This document shows positions 40,844 through 49,039 of a stretch of DNA of 64,000 bases, one piece after another; within the stretch, counting starts at the first letter, position 1; each line of letters begins with the position of its first letter. The notes below the pieces were generated by a model, which was given only the letters and a program-made list of their open reading frames with translations, was not told where the DNA came from and did not search any database. Where the stretch lies: positions 158 to 64,157 of the forward strand of contig JAAYQM010000014.1 of NCBI GenBank assembly GCA_012519315.1, written 5' to 3'. Source of the stretch: Clostridiales bacterium (GTDB taxonomy: Bacteria > Bacillota > Clostridia > Oscillospirales > CAG-272). Made by a program: the position numbers and the translations under genes.

Positions 40844-42376
40844 ATGAAAAGAGCTCGTTTTGCGAGAAGCCGGCGATTTAAATACGGTGGAACGGCAATC
40901 TTGTTGACGGTATGCTTTATTGCCGTTGTTATCATTGTTAATGTGATTTTTACGGCGCTGGCCAACAAGTTTAGCTTATATATCGATATGACAAGCGAAG
41001 GGATCTATACTATCTCCGATGCGGCTAAGGAATTGTTGGAGGATGTTGACCAAGAGGTTAAGATTATTTTTTGTGAGGATCCTGATTACATTGACTCTTA
41101 TAGTGTTGAGACACGCCTCATGCGTAGTGCGGCCGAACGATTTGAAAAGGAATTTGATTTTATAAAGGTTGAGTATATCAACAGTGTTAAGGAACCGCAT
41201 CTGGTCAGCAAATACATCACGACCAAGGCCGGCGGAATTACCACCGGCATTAATCCTACAAGCATCATTTTAGAAAGCGGCACCGAGTTTCGGGTCTATG
41301 CTCCTCAGGCATTCTTTACTTATGCCGAGGAGGATAGAAGCCTTTTTGCTGACAATTCGGAACGCAAATTGGTATCGGGCATTCTGTCGGTAACTGCTGC
41401 CGAGTATCCGATTGCATATTTAACCAGAGGGCACGGAGAGTCGATAGAGCCTTCAAATCCCCTTTATATCACTCTTGCCGATGCTGGTTTTGATGTGCGT
41501 ACGATTGACCTTTCCTCCGAAGAAATTGACGAGAATACAAGGTTGATCATTATTAATGATCCCAAATATGATTTTCTCTCAGGCGGGGATAAAATGTCCG
41601 AGATAGAGAAAATTGACCGATATCTTGCTAAATACGGCACATTAATGGTCTTTAAAGATCCTAACACACAAAAGCTTCCGAATCTTGAAGAGTTTTTGTA
41701 CGAGTGGGGAATTGTTTTTGAGGATACTGTGGTTAAGGATACCAATCGCTCTATCAGCATTGACGGATATTCGATAGTAGCCGAATATGTTAAGGATACC
41801 TTGGGCGGATCGATTTTTACGGATATCAGCAAACTTGCATCCCCGCCTAAGACGATTTTTGAACGAGTATCTCCTATCAGCATTGCCCCTATTTATACCC
41901 AGGCAAAGGATGAACAGGGGAATCCCCTTGGTGCCTATACCTATTACGGCAACAATGCCAACCGTGACCTTTCGGCTATGCTCATTTCCTCGCCTACATC
42001 GGTTGCCACACGAAATAATGAGGTGGTGGATGAGAAAGGCTCTTACAATTTGATGGTGATTTGTCGTGATACAAGAATGATAGAAAATGAGAGTTACAGC
42101 TCTTATGTTATTGCGGCGGGAACATCAAATTTCACTGCTTCTAAATACCTCATCTCCAACGTTTACGCAAATGAAGAAATTCTGTATGCCACATTGCGGG
42201 CAACAGGAAGAGAAAAGGTTCCTGCCGACATTGAGTTCAAGGTGTTTAAAGAGACCAAGATCGAGAATATGACGATTGCAGAAGCAAGAAGATGGACCGT
42301 GGGGCTTGTGACTGTGTTGCCGATAGCGTCATTGCTTGTTGGTCTATATGTAGTTGTTAGGAGACGGTATTTATGA
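40844..42376 (+). CDS. GldG-like ABC transporter auxiliary protein
   Basis: MKRARFARSRRFKYGGTAILLTV... has an N-terminal TM helix, a large extracytoplasmic domain and a C-terminal TM helix (GLVTVLPIASLLVGLYVVV). The start codon is uncertain (40805, 40829 or 40844). Confidence 0.75.
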   Translation: MKRARFARSRRFKYGGTAILLTVCFIAVVIIVNVIFTALANKFSLYIDMTSEGIYTISDAAKELLEDVDQEVKIIFCEDPDYIDSYSVETRLMRSAAERFEKEFDFIKVEYINSVKEPHLVSKYITTKAGGITTGINPTSIILESGTEFRVYAPQAFFTYAEEDRSLFADNSERKLVSGILSVTAAEYPIAYLTRGHGESIEPSNPLYITLADAGFDVRTIDLSSEEIDENTRLIIINDPKYDFLSGGDKMSEIEKIDRYLAKYGTLMVFKDPNTQKLPNLEEFLYEWGIVFEDTVVKDTNRSISIDGYSIVAEYVKDTLGGSIFTDISKLASPPKTIFERVSPISIAPIYTQAKDEQGNPLGAYTYYGNNANRDLSAMLISSPTSVATRNNEVVDEKGSYNLMVICRDTRMIENESYSSYVIAAGTSNFTASKYLISNVYANEEILYATLRATGREKVPADIEFKVFKETKIENMTIAEARRWTVGLVTVLPIASLLVGLYVVVRRRYL

Positions 42377-43887
42377 TTGCGAAGCAAAAAAAGCTTATTA
42401 TCATAAGCGCGATTCTCTTTGCGGTTTTGCTTATAGTTTATTTTGCGGTGGTTGTTCCCATTGTAAATAAAACCGAGCCCGCCGAGACAACGGCCCCTCC
42501 TTCGACCTTGCCGGGGGAGGATGTCGGCGTTGGGAATCGTGTGCAGATGTTTGAGCATGTTGAAAGATCCAACATGAAATCAATAGAGGTTCACAACAGC
42601 CATGGAACCTACACCTTTTATCGCAACAGCGAAAATAACTTTGTAATAAAGGGCTATGAGAGCGCACTTTATGATGCAAGGCTCTTCTCTTCACTTGTTA
42701 CAAGCACCGGATATACCCTTTCTATGGTTCGTGTTGTGGAGAACGCATCTGCCGATATGTGGAAGTACGGGCTTGCCGAGTCGGACAATCCGGCGTGGTA
42801 CAAGCTAACGACTATGACCGGCGTTGAACACGTTGTGTATATCGGGAATCCTATTCCGTCAAAGGTAGGATATTATGTGCGTTATGAAGGAAGGGACACC
42901 GTTTATGTATTGGACGGCTCCCTTGAGGCAACAATCCTTTCCCCTATCGAGGCAATGATAACGCCCCTGCTGACCTACCCGACGGAGATGACAGACGCTC
43001 TGAATGTTGATAACTTTATGATTCTTCATGGCGAGGATGTCTTTATCAGAACCAAATTTATAGAAGAGTCGAAGCGGAAGGATTTTCTATCGGCTATCTC
43101 TCAGATTGTTGAGCCGGCTGTGATGGAAACCTCCCTAAGCTATGATATGGTATTGCAGTCTCTGGCCGGTCTTGCCGGAATTCAAACTGTAAAGCTAGGT
43201 ATTACAGAGGAGGCTCTTGAGGAATATGGACTTGCCGACCCGGCGTACACTCTGTATTATGAGAACAATGTGACCGATAAAACGACAAACGAAACCACCA
43301 AAGTTGAAAATATGTTGCTTTTCAGCGAAAAGAATGAAGACGGAACCTATTATGTCGCCTCTCCCATGTTTGACATTATTGCTAAGATCGACAGCGTTAC
43401 TGTTGACTTTCTTGAGTGGAAAATGATTAAATGGGTGGATCCTCAGATATTTGAAGTAAATATTAACAATGTAAGAAGCATTCGGTTCCAGAATTCTCAG
43501 CTAGATATACAATTTATGCTTGACGGAACCGGTCAGGACCTCGTTGTTACCGAGAAGAATTCTAAGTTCCAGCCGGATGTCAAAAACTTCAGACAGCTTT
43601 ATAAGGTGTTGCTTAGCACCTATATTGAGGATTATGCCTCTTTGACCGAAGAGCAGATTGACACCCTACTGTCAGATCAGAGCAACCTGCAACTGAAAAT
43701 GACCGTTGTGCTGAGGACGGGAGCAACCCGTGTTTACGAATTCTATCCTTACAGTGAGCGTCGTTCCTACTGTGTTATTGACGGGGACGGTAATTACTAT
43801 GCACTTCGCACCATGGTTAACAAGATTATCAGCGACGTGAACAAGGTTATGAATAATGAGCCGGTAGACTCTGAGGACCGTTATTAA
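42373..43887 (+). CDS. DUF4340-like membrane-anchored protein
   Basis: 504 aa. It overlaps the upstream stop by 4 nt. It has an N-terminal TM helix (LIIISAILFAVLLIVYFAVVV). The position after the GldG-like gene is typical for DUF4340. Confidence 0.7.
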   Translation: MIAKQKKLIIISAILFAVLLIVYFAVVVPIVNKTEPAETTAPPSTLPGEDVGVGNRVQMFEHVERSNMKSIEVHNSHGTYTFYRNSENNFVIKGYESALYDARLFSSLVTSTGYTLSMVRVVENASADMWKYGLAESDNPAWYKLTTMTGVEHVVYIGNPIPSKVGYYVRYEGRDTVYVLDGSLEATILSPIEAMITPLLTYPTEMTDALNVDNFMILHGEDVFIRTKFIEESKRKDFLSAISQIVEPAVMETSLSYDMVLQSLAGLAGIQTVKLGITEEALEEYGLADPAYTLYYENNVTDKTTNETTKVENMLLFSEKNEDGTYYVASPMFDIIAKIDSVTVDFLEWKMIKWVDPQIFEVNINNVRSIRFQNSQLDIQFMLDGTGQDLVVTEKNSKFQPDVKNFRQLYKVLLSTYIEDYASLTEEQIDTLLSDQSNLQLKMTVVLRTGATRVYEFYPYSERRSYCVIDGDGNYYALRTMVNKIISDVNKVMNNEPVDSEDRY

Positions 43888-43912
43888 CAGGAAAATATAA
43901 GGAGAAATTTTC

Positions 43913-45046
43913 ATGATAAAAAGAATTTCCGTCGTCATATTGATGCTTGTGACGATGGCGACTTGGATTTTGTCCGCATGCGGCGATGCAACTCAGGATG
44001 ATAATGATACCACCAAAGCAACAGAGGATACAACTGTGAGCGAAACAACAACCGCAGAGACCGATTATTCGGAAAAGGTTTATAAAGCAGCGTCTAGTCT
44101 TGATCTTATCAAGGTTGTAGGGCGTTCAAACATTGTTCAGCAGGCCATCACATGTGACTGGCCCGCGTCCGGTATCGAGTTTGAGGTGAACTGCAAGGGT
44201 AATGTCAAGGTAAAGATTAGATCGGACGCTTCGTGCTATTTCACAGTTTTTGTGGACGGGGAGAGACAGAATGCGCGTTACCTCGCTTCTGCGGGAGAGA
44301 TTAATCTTGTGATTGCCAAGGATCTGCCTGAGGGCAAGCATACCTTCAGATTGCTGAAGCAGTCCCGGGTTATTCATTCTATGACAAGCATTATGAGCAT
44401 AACGGTAAACGGCGTTTTATTGGATGCGCCCCAAAACAAAGAACATTATATTGAGTTTATCGGGGACAGCATCACTGCCGGGTATGGGGTTATTTATGAT
44501 CAATTGGTCTCTGGTGTCAATTATGGAACCTATGAGCATAATGACGCCACACAGACCTACGCATTCTTAACGGCTGAGAAACTCGGTGTGGATTATTCCA
44601 TGTTTGCAGTATCGGGATGGGGCATTAGCTGTGGTAATACAACAATTCCTCAGATTTACTCTAAGATTAACTGGAGACGGGGTAACGACGAGTATTCATT
44701 TGAGCGCAAGCCTGATCTTGTGGTAATAAATCTCGGTACTAATGATTACGGTAAGAGCATTACCGCTGTAAAATTTATAGCCGATTCTAAGGCATTTATA
44801 AATTCTATCAGAGAGAAAAATGGCAACGACATACCGATTATATGGGTTTATAACATGATGAATGACGGGCACCAGGTTGCTATTCGGCAGGTTATCAGCG
44901 ATATGGGCGGAGAAGGAGCAGGACTGTACGCCTTATCCGTCGAGCGGGATCGCAGCGGCGGAAGTAACCATCCGAGCATTAATGGACATAAGAAGGCTGC
45001 CGATGCCCTAACCGATTTTATTAAAGAGAAAAATTTACTGAAATAG
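43913..45046 (+). CDS. SGNH/GDSL hydrolase lipoprotein, carbohydrate esterase family 2-like
   Basis: Lipoprotein signal with lipobox LSAC. N-terminal beta-sandwich (CDWPASGIEFEVNCKG). SGNH blocks FIGDSITAGYG, INLGTNDY and GSNHPSINGH. Confidence 0.8.
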   Translation: MIKRISVVILMLVTMATWILSACGDATQDDNDTTKATEDTTVSETTTAETDYSEKVYKAASSLDLIKVVGRSNIVQQAITCDWPASGIEFEVNCKGNVKVKIRSDASCYFTVFVDGERQNARYLASAGEINLVIAKDLPEGKHTFRLLKQSRVIHSMTSIMSITVNGVLLDAPQNKEHYIEFIGDSITAGYGVIYDQLVSGVNYGTYEHNDATQTYAFLTAEKLGVDYSMFAVSGWGISCGNTTIPQIYSKINWRRGNDEYSFERKPDLVVINLGTNDYGKSITAVKFIADSKAFINSIREKNGNDIPIIWVYNMMNDGHQVAIRQVISDMGGEGAGLYALSVERDRSGGSNHPSINGHKKAADALTDFIKEKNLLK

Positions 45047-45060
45047 TCCTCCGACCTATA

Positions 45061-45108
45061 AGGTGCAGGCAATGAACCTGAAAACAGTTCGTTGCCTGCA
45101 CCTTTTTT
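45061..45108 (+). terminator. intrinsic terminator
   Basis: AGGTGCAGGCAA ... TTGCCTGCACCT followed by TTTTTT. Confidence 0.75.
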
Positions 45109-45139
45109 GAAAATTGACAGAGAATTTAGCATATGCCCT

Positions 45140-45931
45140 TTAATGGGTAAGAATTGATTCTATTTGATGCTGCTTGTCTTGGTTCTCCTTGACCGATTCT
45201 ATATCGGAGGGGATTTTTTCTTCCTTTTTTGGTATCATGCCGCGTAGAGCGGCAAGGGCAGCCGAGACTCCGCCCATCTCGTCGATCAGTCCGCATTCAA
45301 CCGCCTTTTCTCCATCTAAAATGGTGCCGATATCGTTTGCGATTTCGGCGGTATTCATCATCATGCTGCGCAGCTTTTCTTTATTTGCCCGAGAGTGGGA
45401 AACAATAAAATCGAGAATGCGCTCCTGCATACGATTAAAATAGTAAAAGGTTTGTGGAACACCGATTACAAGACCGCTTGTTCGCACAGGATGAAGGGTC
45501 ATGGTGGCGGAGGGGACAATAAAAGAGCGCTTAGCTGAAACCGCAAGGGGGATTCCGATAGAATGGCCGCCCCCAAGTACAAGGGAGACGGTGGGCTTTG
45601 ACATGGTGGCTATCATTTCGGCGAGGGCAAGTCCGGCCTCCACATCCCCGCCCATTGTGTTAAGGACGATGAGCAGCCCGTCGATGTCCTCATTTTCCTC
45701 TACCGCTACCAGCAGGGGAATTATGTGCTCGTATTTAGTTGTTTTTTGATTGTTGTCAAGAATATAATGCCCCTCAATTTGCCCTATTATATTCAAACAG
45801 TGGATAGATTCCTTTGAATTTTTTGTTACAACACTGCCCGTTTTTATGATGTTGTCCAGTTGCTGGTTAGAGTTTTCTTCTTTAGGCGTTTCGAATTCCT
45901 CTTGTGTTCGATTGTTATTTGATATACTCAT
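45140..45931 (-). CDS. tepA: ClpP-fold serine protease, TepA-like (translocation-enhancing protein family)
   Basis: 263 aa. Contains IHCLNIIGQIEGH...TKYEHIIPLL...IDGLLIVLNTMGGDVEAGLALAEMI...GGGHSIGIPLAVS. This is a ClpP/crotonase-like fold and resembles B. subtilis TepA. Confidence 0.75.
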   Translation of the reverse strand: MSISNNNRTQEEFETPKEENSNQQLDNIIKTGSVVTKNSKESIHCLNIIGQIEGHYILDNNQKTTKYEHIIPLLVAVEENEDIDGLLIVLNTMGGDVEAGLALAEMIATMSKPTVSLVLGGGHSIGIPLAVSAKRSFIVPSATMTLHPVRTSGLVIGVPQTFYYFNRMQERILDFIVSHSRANKEKLRSMMMNTAEIANDIGTILDGEKAVECGLIDEMGGVSAALAALRGMIPKKEEKIPSDIESVKENQDKQHQIESILTH

Positions 45932-46000
45932 ACATGTCTCCCATCTAAAATTAACTGATATTTCTCATTTAGTCTTAGCATTTTTATTACCTTTTAAACA

Positions 46001-46029
46001 TTTACAAAGATGCTTTAATATGCTATAAT
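46001..46029 (+). promoter_or_regulatory. putative promoter upstream of pduL
   Basis: TTTACA (46001-46006), a 17-nt spacer, then TGcTATAAT (-10 at 46024-46029). This leaves a leader of about 190 nt. Confidence 0.5.
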
Positions 46030-46227
46030 ATATAAAGAAGAGTTTGACAAATTACCACATTGCAATACAGCAGAGAGAGCAGAAGCGTTGTCTGCCGTGT
46101 CACCGGATTTTATGATGACAAAGGTAAAAAAATAAAAATTCAGCTAATAGAGGAAGAGCCTGCAGGCATACATTTCGTTATGAGCATAATGTCGCAGGGA
46201 AAAATTATTTAAGGAGCAAAGGAAAAA

Positions 46228-46800
46228 ATGGGAAAAAAGGTACTAGTTGAGACGTCGGCGCGTCATGTTCATCTTTCGGCGGAGGATTTAGAAATTTTAT
46301 TCGGCAAGGGTGCTGCCCTTACACCAAAGAAGGATCTTAGTCAGCCCGGGCAGTTTGCCTGCCATGAGCGTGTAAATCTTGTGGGACCCAAAAAAACTAT
46401 TCCAAATGTTATTATTCTCGGTCCTGTTCGTCCTAATACGCAGGTAGAGATTTCTTATACCGATGCCAGAACCCTCGGAATCAATGCTCCGCTTCGTGAA
46501 AGCGGCGATACGGCGGGCAGCGCCGGATGTACAATTGTCGGACCTGCCGGGGAGGTAGAGATTTCGGAGGGGGTTATTGTTGCAAAGAGACATTTGCACA
46601 TCACTCCGGAGGATGCCGAGGCATTCGGTCTTTCCGATAAACAGATAATCAAGGTCAAGATAGATTCGGAGCGCACAACGGTGTTTGACGATATTGTTGT
46701 TCGCGTCAGCCCGAAATTTTCAACAGCTATGCACATTGACACAGATGAATCCAACGCAGCCTGTGCCTTTGGCGAATGCTATGGGGAAATAGTTGACTGA
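46228..46800 (+). CDS. pduL: phosphate propanoyl/acetyl-transferase PduL
   Basis: 190 aa. It has a duplicated PduL core: ETSARHVHLSAEDLEILFG...LSQPGQFA...GP.R..TQVEIS.TDAR and VIVAKRHLHITPEDAEAFG. Confidence 0.9.
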   Translation: MGKKVLVETSARHVHLSAEDLEILFGKGAALTPKKDLSQPGQFACHERVNLVGPKKTIPNVIILGPVRPNTQVEISYTDARTLGINAPLRESGDTAGSAGCTIVGPAGEVEISEGVIVAKRHLHITPEDAEAFGLSDKQIIKVKIDSERTTVFDDIVVRVSPKFSTAMHIDTDESNAACAFGECYGEIVD

Positions 46801-46873
46801 GATTGTGTTATAAATCCTTTTTATGGACAAGCTTATTATTTAAAAAATATTCAGCAAACAAGGAGAATTTTGC

Positions 46874-47575
46874 ATGAGCAACAATGTATACTCCCATGAA
46901 GTGGAGTCGATGTGTAAGGTTGCCAAGGGGCCTCATCATGGTCCGGCACCGATTCCTGAGGAGGGAAGATGGGTTAAAGTTTATGAGATTAAGGATGTTT
47001 CCGGTCTCTCGCATGGTGTGGGCTGGTGTGCGCCTCAGCAGGGTATGTGCAAGCTTACCCTAAATGTTAAGAAAGGTATTATCGAGGAGGCTCTTATCGA
47101 AACGTGCGGTTGCTCTGGAATGACACATTCGGCTGCAATGGCAGGGGAGATTCTGCAAGGCAAGACCTTGCTTGAAGCTTTGAACACCGACCTTGTATGT
47201 GATGCCATTAACGTAGCTATGCGCGAGATATTCAAGCAGCTGGTTTACGGTCGTTCCCAGACAGCGTTTTCGGAGGACGGACTTCCCATAGGTGCTTCTC
47301 TTGAGGATCTTGGCAAGGGTTTGCGCTCACAGGTAGGCACTATTTTTGCCACCAACAAGAAGGGTGTTCGCTATCTTGAGATGGCTGAGGGCTACATACT
47401 GTCCCTTGGACTTGATAAGAATGATGAGGTTATCGGATATAAGTTCGTACACCTCGGCAAGATGATGGATGCTATTCGCGCCGGCGTGGATCCCGCAAAG
47501 GCTTATACAAGCAACATCAGTCAGTACGGCAGATACGACGACGCGGTCAAATATATTGATCCGCGTGCTGAATAA
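46874..47575 (+). CDS. NifU/IscU-like Fe-S scaffold-domain protein with C-terminal extension
   Basis: 233 aa with AAGGAGA SD. Contains GVGWCAPQQGMCKLTLNVKKGIIEEALIETCGCSGMTHSAAMAGEILQGKTLLEA (IscU-like fold with conserved Cys). Confidence 0.75.
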   Translation: MSNNVYSHEVESMCKVAKGPHHGPAPIPEEGRWVKVYEIKDVSGLSHGVGWCAPQQGMCKLTLNVKKGIIEEALIETCGCSGMTHSAAMAGEILQGKTLLEALNTDLVCDAINVAMREIFKQLVYGRSQTAFSEDGLPIGASLEDLGKGLRSQVGTIFATNKKGVRYLEMAEGYILSLGLDKNDEVIGYKFVHLGKMMDAIRAGVDPAKAYTSNISQYGRYDDAVKYIDPRAE

Positions 47576-47592
47576 AAGCGGGGTGGAGAAAT

Positions 47593-48603
47593 ATGTCTAA
47601 TAACATTAAATTTGAAGGATACGAAAGAAGAATAAACAAAATCAATCAATGTCTCGCTCAGTATGGAATAAAGGATCTTGAGGAAGCCCGACAGATTTGT
47701 CTGGAACGTGGCATAGATGTTGATAAAATTGTCAAGGATGTTCAGCCCATCGCCTTTGAAAACGCAAGCTGGGCATATACACTTGGCTGCTCCATTGCGA
47801 TTAAAAAGGGCGCTGTTAATGCTGCCGCCGCTGCTGAGGCTATCGGTATCGGACTTCAGGCTTTTTGCATTCCCGGTTCGGTTGCCGAAACCCGTAAGGT
47901 CGGGCTCGGACACGGTAATCTTGGCGCCATGCTCCTCAGAGAGGAGACGAAGTGTTTCTGCTTCTTGGCGGGACACGAGTCCTTTGCCGCTGCTGAGGGT
48001 GCTATCGGTATCGTTAAGACTGCCAACAAGGTAAGAAAAGAGCGTCTTCGCGTTATTCTGAACGGTCTTGGCAAGGATGCCGCTTATATCATTTCCAGAA
48101 TTAACGGATTTACCTATGTTGAAACCGAGTATGATTTCTATACCGATGAGCTTAAGGTTGTCCGTGAGGTAGCTTTTTCCGATGGAGAAAAAGCAGAGGT
48201 TCGTTGCTATGGTGCCAATGATGTACTTGAGGGCGTTGCTATTATGAAACATGAGAAGGTGGACGTTTCTATCACCGGAAACTCTACTAACCCCACAAGA
48301 TTCCAGCATCTTGTTGCCGGAACATATAAGAAATGGTCCTATGAGAACGACAAAAACTACTTCTCTGTTGCCTCCGGCGGCGGAACGGGAAGAACATTGC
48401 ATCCCGACAACATGGCCGCAGGTCCGGCATCCTACGGCCTTACCGATTCGATGGGTCGTATGCACGGTGACGCCCAGTTCGCAGGCTCCTCATCGGTACC
48501 TGCCCACGTTGAGATGATGGGACTTATCGGCATGGGCAACAATCCCATGGTCGGTGCAACCGTTGCCTGCGCTGTCGCGATTGAGGAAGCGGCAAAAAAG
48601 TAA
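47593..48603 (+). CDS. GGGtGRT-motif protein (uncharacterised family)
   Basis: 336 aa. The signature SGGGTGRT lies at 48376..48396, followed by LHPDNMAAGPASYG. The 314-aa antisense ORF 47521..48465 is judged a shadow ORF. Confidence 0.75.
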   Translation: MSNNIKFEGYERRINKINQCLAQYGIKDLEEARQICLERGIDVDKIVKDVQPIAFENASWAYTLGCSIAIKKGAVNAAAAAEAIGIGLQAFCIPGSVAETRKVGLGHGNLGAMLLREETKCFCFLAGHESFAAAEGAIGIVKTANKVRKERLRVILNGLGKDAAYIISRINGFTYVETEYDFYTDELKVVREVAFSDGEKAEVRCYGANDVLEGVAIMKHEKVDVSITGNSTNPTRFQHLVAGTYKKWSYENDKNYFSVASGGGTGRTLHPDNMAAGPASYGLTDSMGRMHGDAQFAGSSSVPAHVEMMGLIGMGNNPMVGATVACAVAIEEAAKK

Positions 48604-48640
48604 ATTAAAGGTATCGAGATAAATTTATCCGTTTACAAAC

Positions 48641-48682
48641 AAAAGAGGCGCTTGCATGCTTGCGGCAAGCGCCTCTTTTTAT
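48641..48682 (+). terminator. intrinsic terminator after the GGGtGRT gene
   Basis: AAAAGAGGCGCTTGC-ATGCTTGCG-GCAAGCGCCTCTTTT followed by TAT. Confidence 0.8.
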
Positions 48683-48771
48683 AATTGTGCGGTTTAGTTT
48701 AGTTTTCTGCTTTTTATACTTTCAAGGAAGAGAAGCGGACGAGTTTTAAGGGTAAATTCCCCGCTTTTCAC

Positions 48772-48800
48772 TTGACAAAAGAAGCTGTCGGATTTATAAT
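48772..48800 (+). promoter_or_regulatory. near-consensus sigma-A promoter
   Basis: TTGACA (48772-48777), a 17-nt spacer, then TATAAT (48795-48800). Confidence 0.65.
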
Positions 48801-48915
48801 ATAATTATAAAGTAATCTTATAATTTCGATATAAAAGGGCGGAAAAGATTGTTTGTCCTAAGGTATAGTGAAAAGCTTTGCGATTAGAAAAGCAGCAAAA
48901 GTGTTTGATAGAAGA

Positions 48916-48956
48916 AAATAAAGCTCTGCTTTGCTCCAAAGCAGAGCTTTATTTTT
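48916..48956 (+). terminator. leader terminator/attenuator upstream of the ABC exporter operon
   Basis: AAATAAAGCTCTGCTTTG-CTC-CAAAGCAGAGCTTTATTT is a perfect 18-bp stem with a T run. It lies about 85 nt upstream of the exporter start codon. Confidence 0.7.
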
Positions 48957-49039
48957 AAAGACCGAGCTTCAATGATTTGTTTTATATAGAGATTTTGATC
49001 AAAGCTACAAAAGAGTATCTTTAACGGGGGAATATTTTT

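Noticed and set aside
47521-48465. 314-aa ORF on the minus strand
   Set aside because: It is entirely antisense to the GGGtGRT-motif gene. Its translation is Ser/Gly/Arg/Asn-rich and low in complexity, with no SD or recognisable motif. The plus-strand ORF carries the family signature and sits in an operon. This is a shadow ORF.
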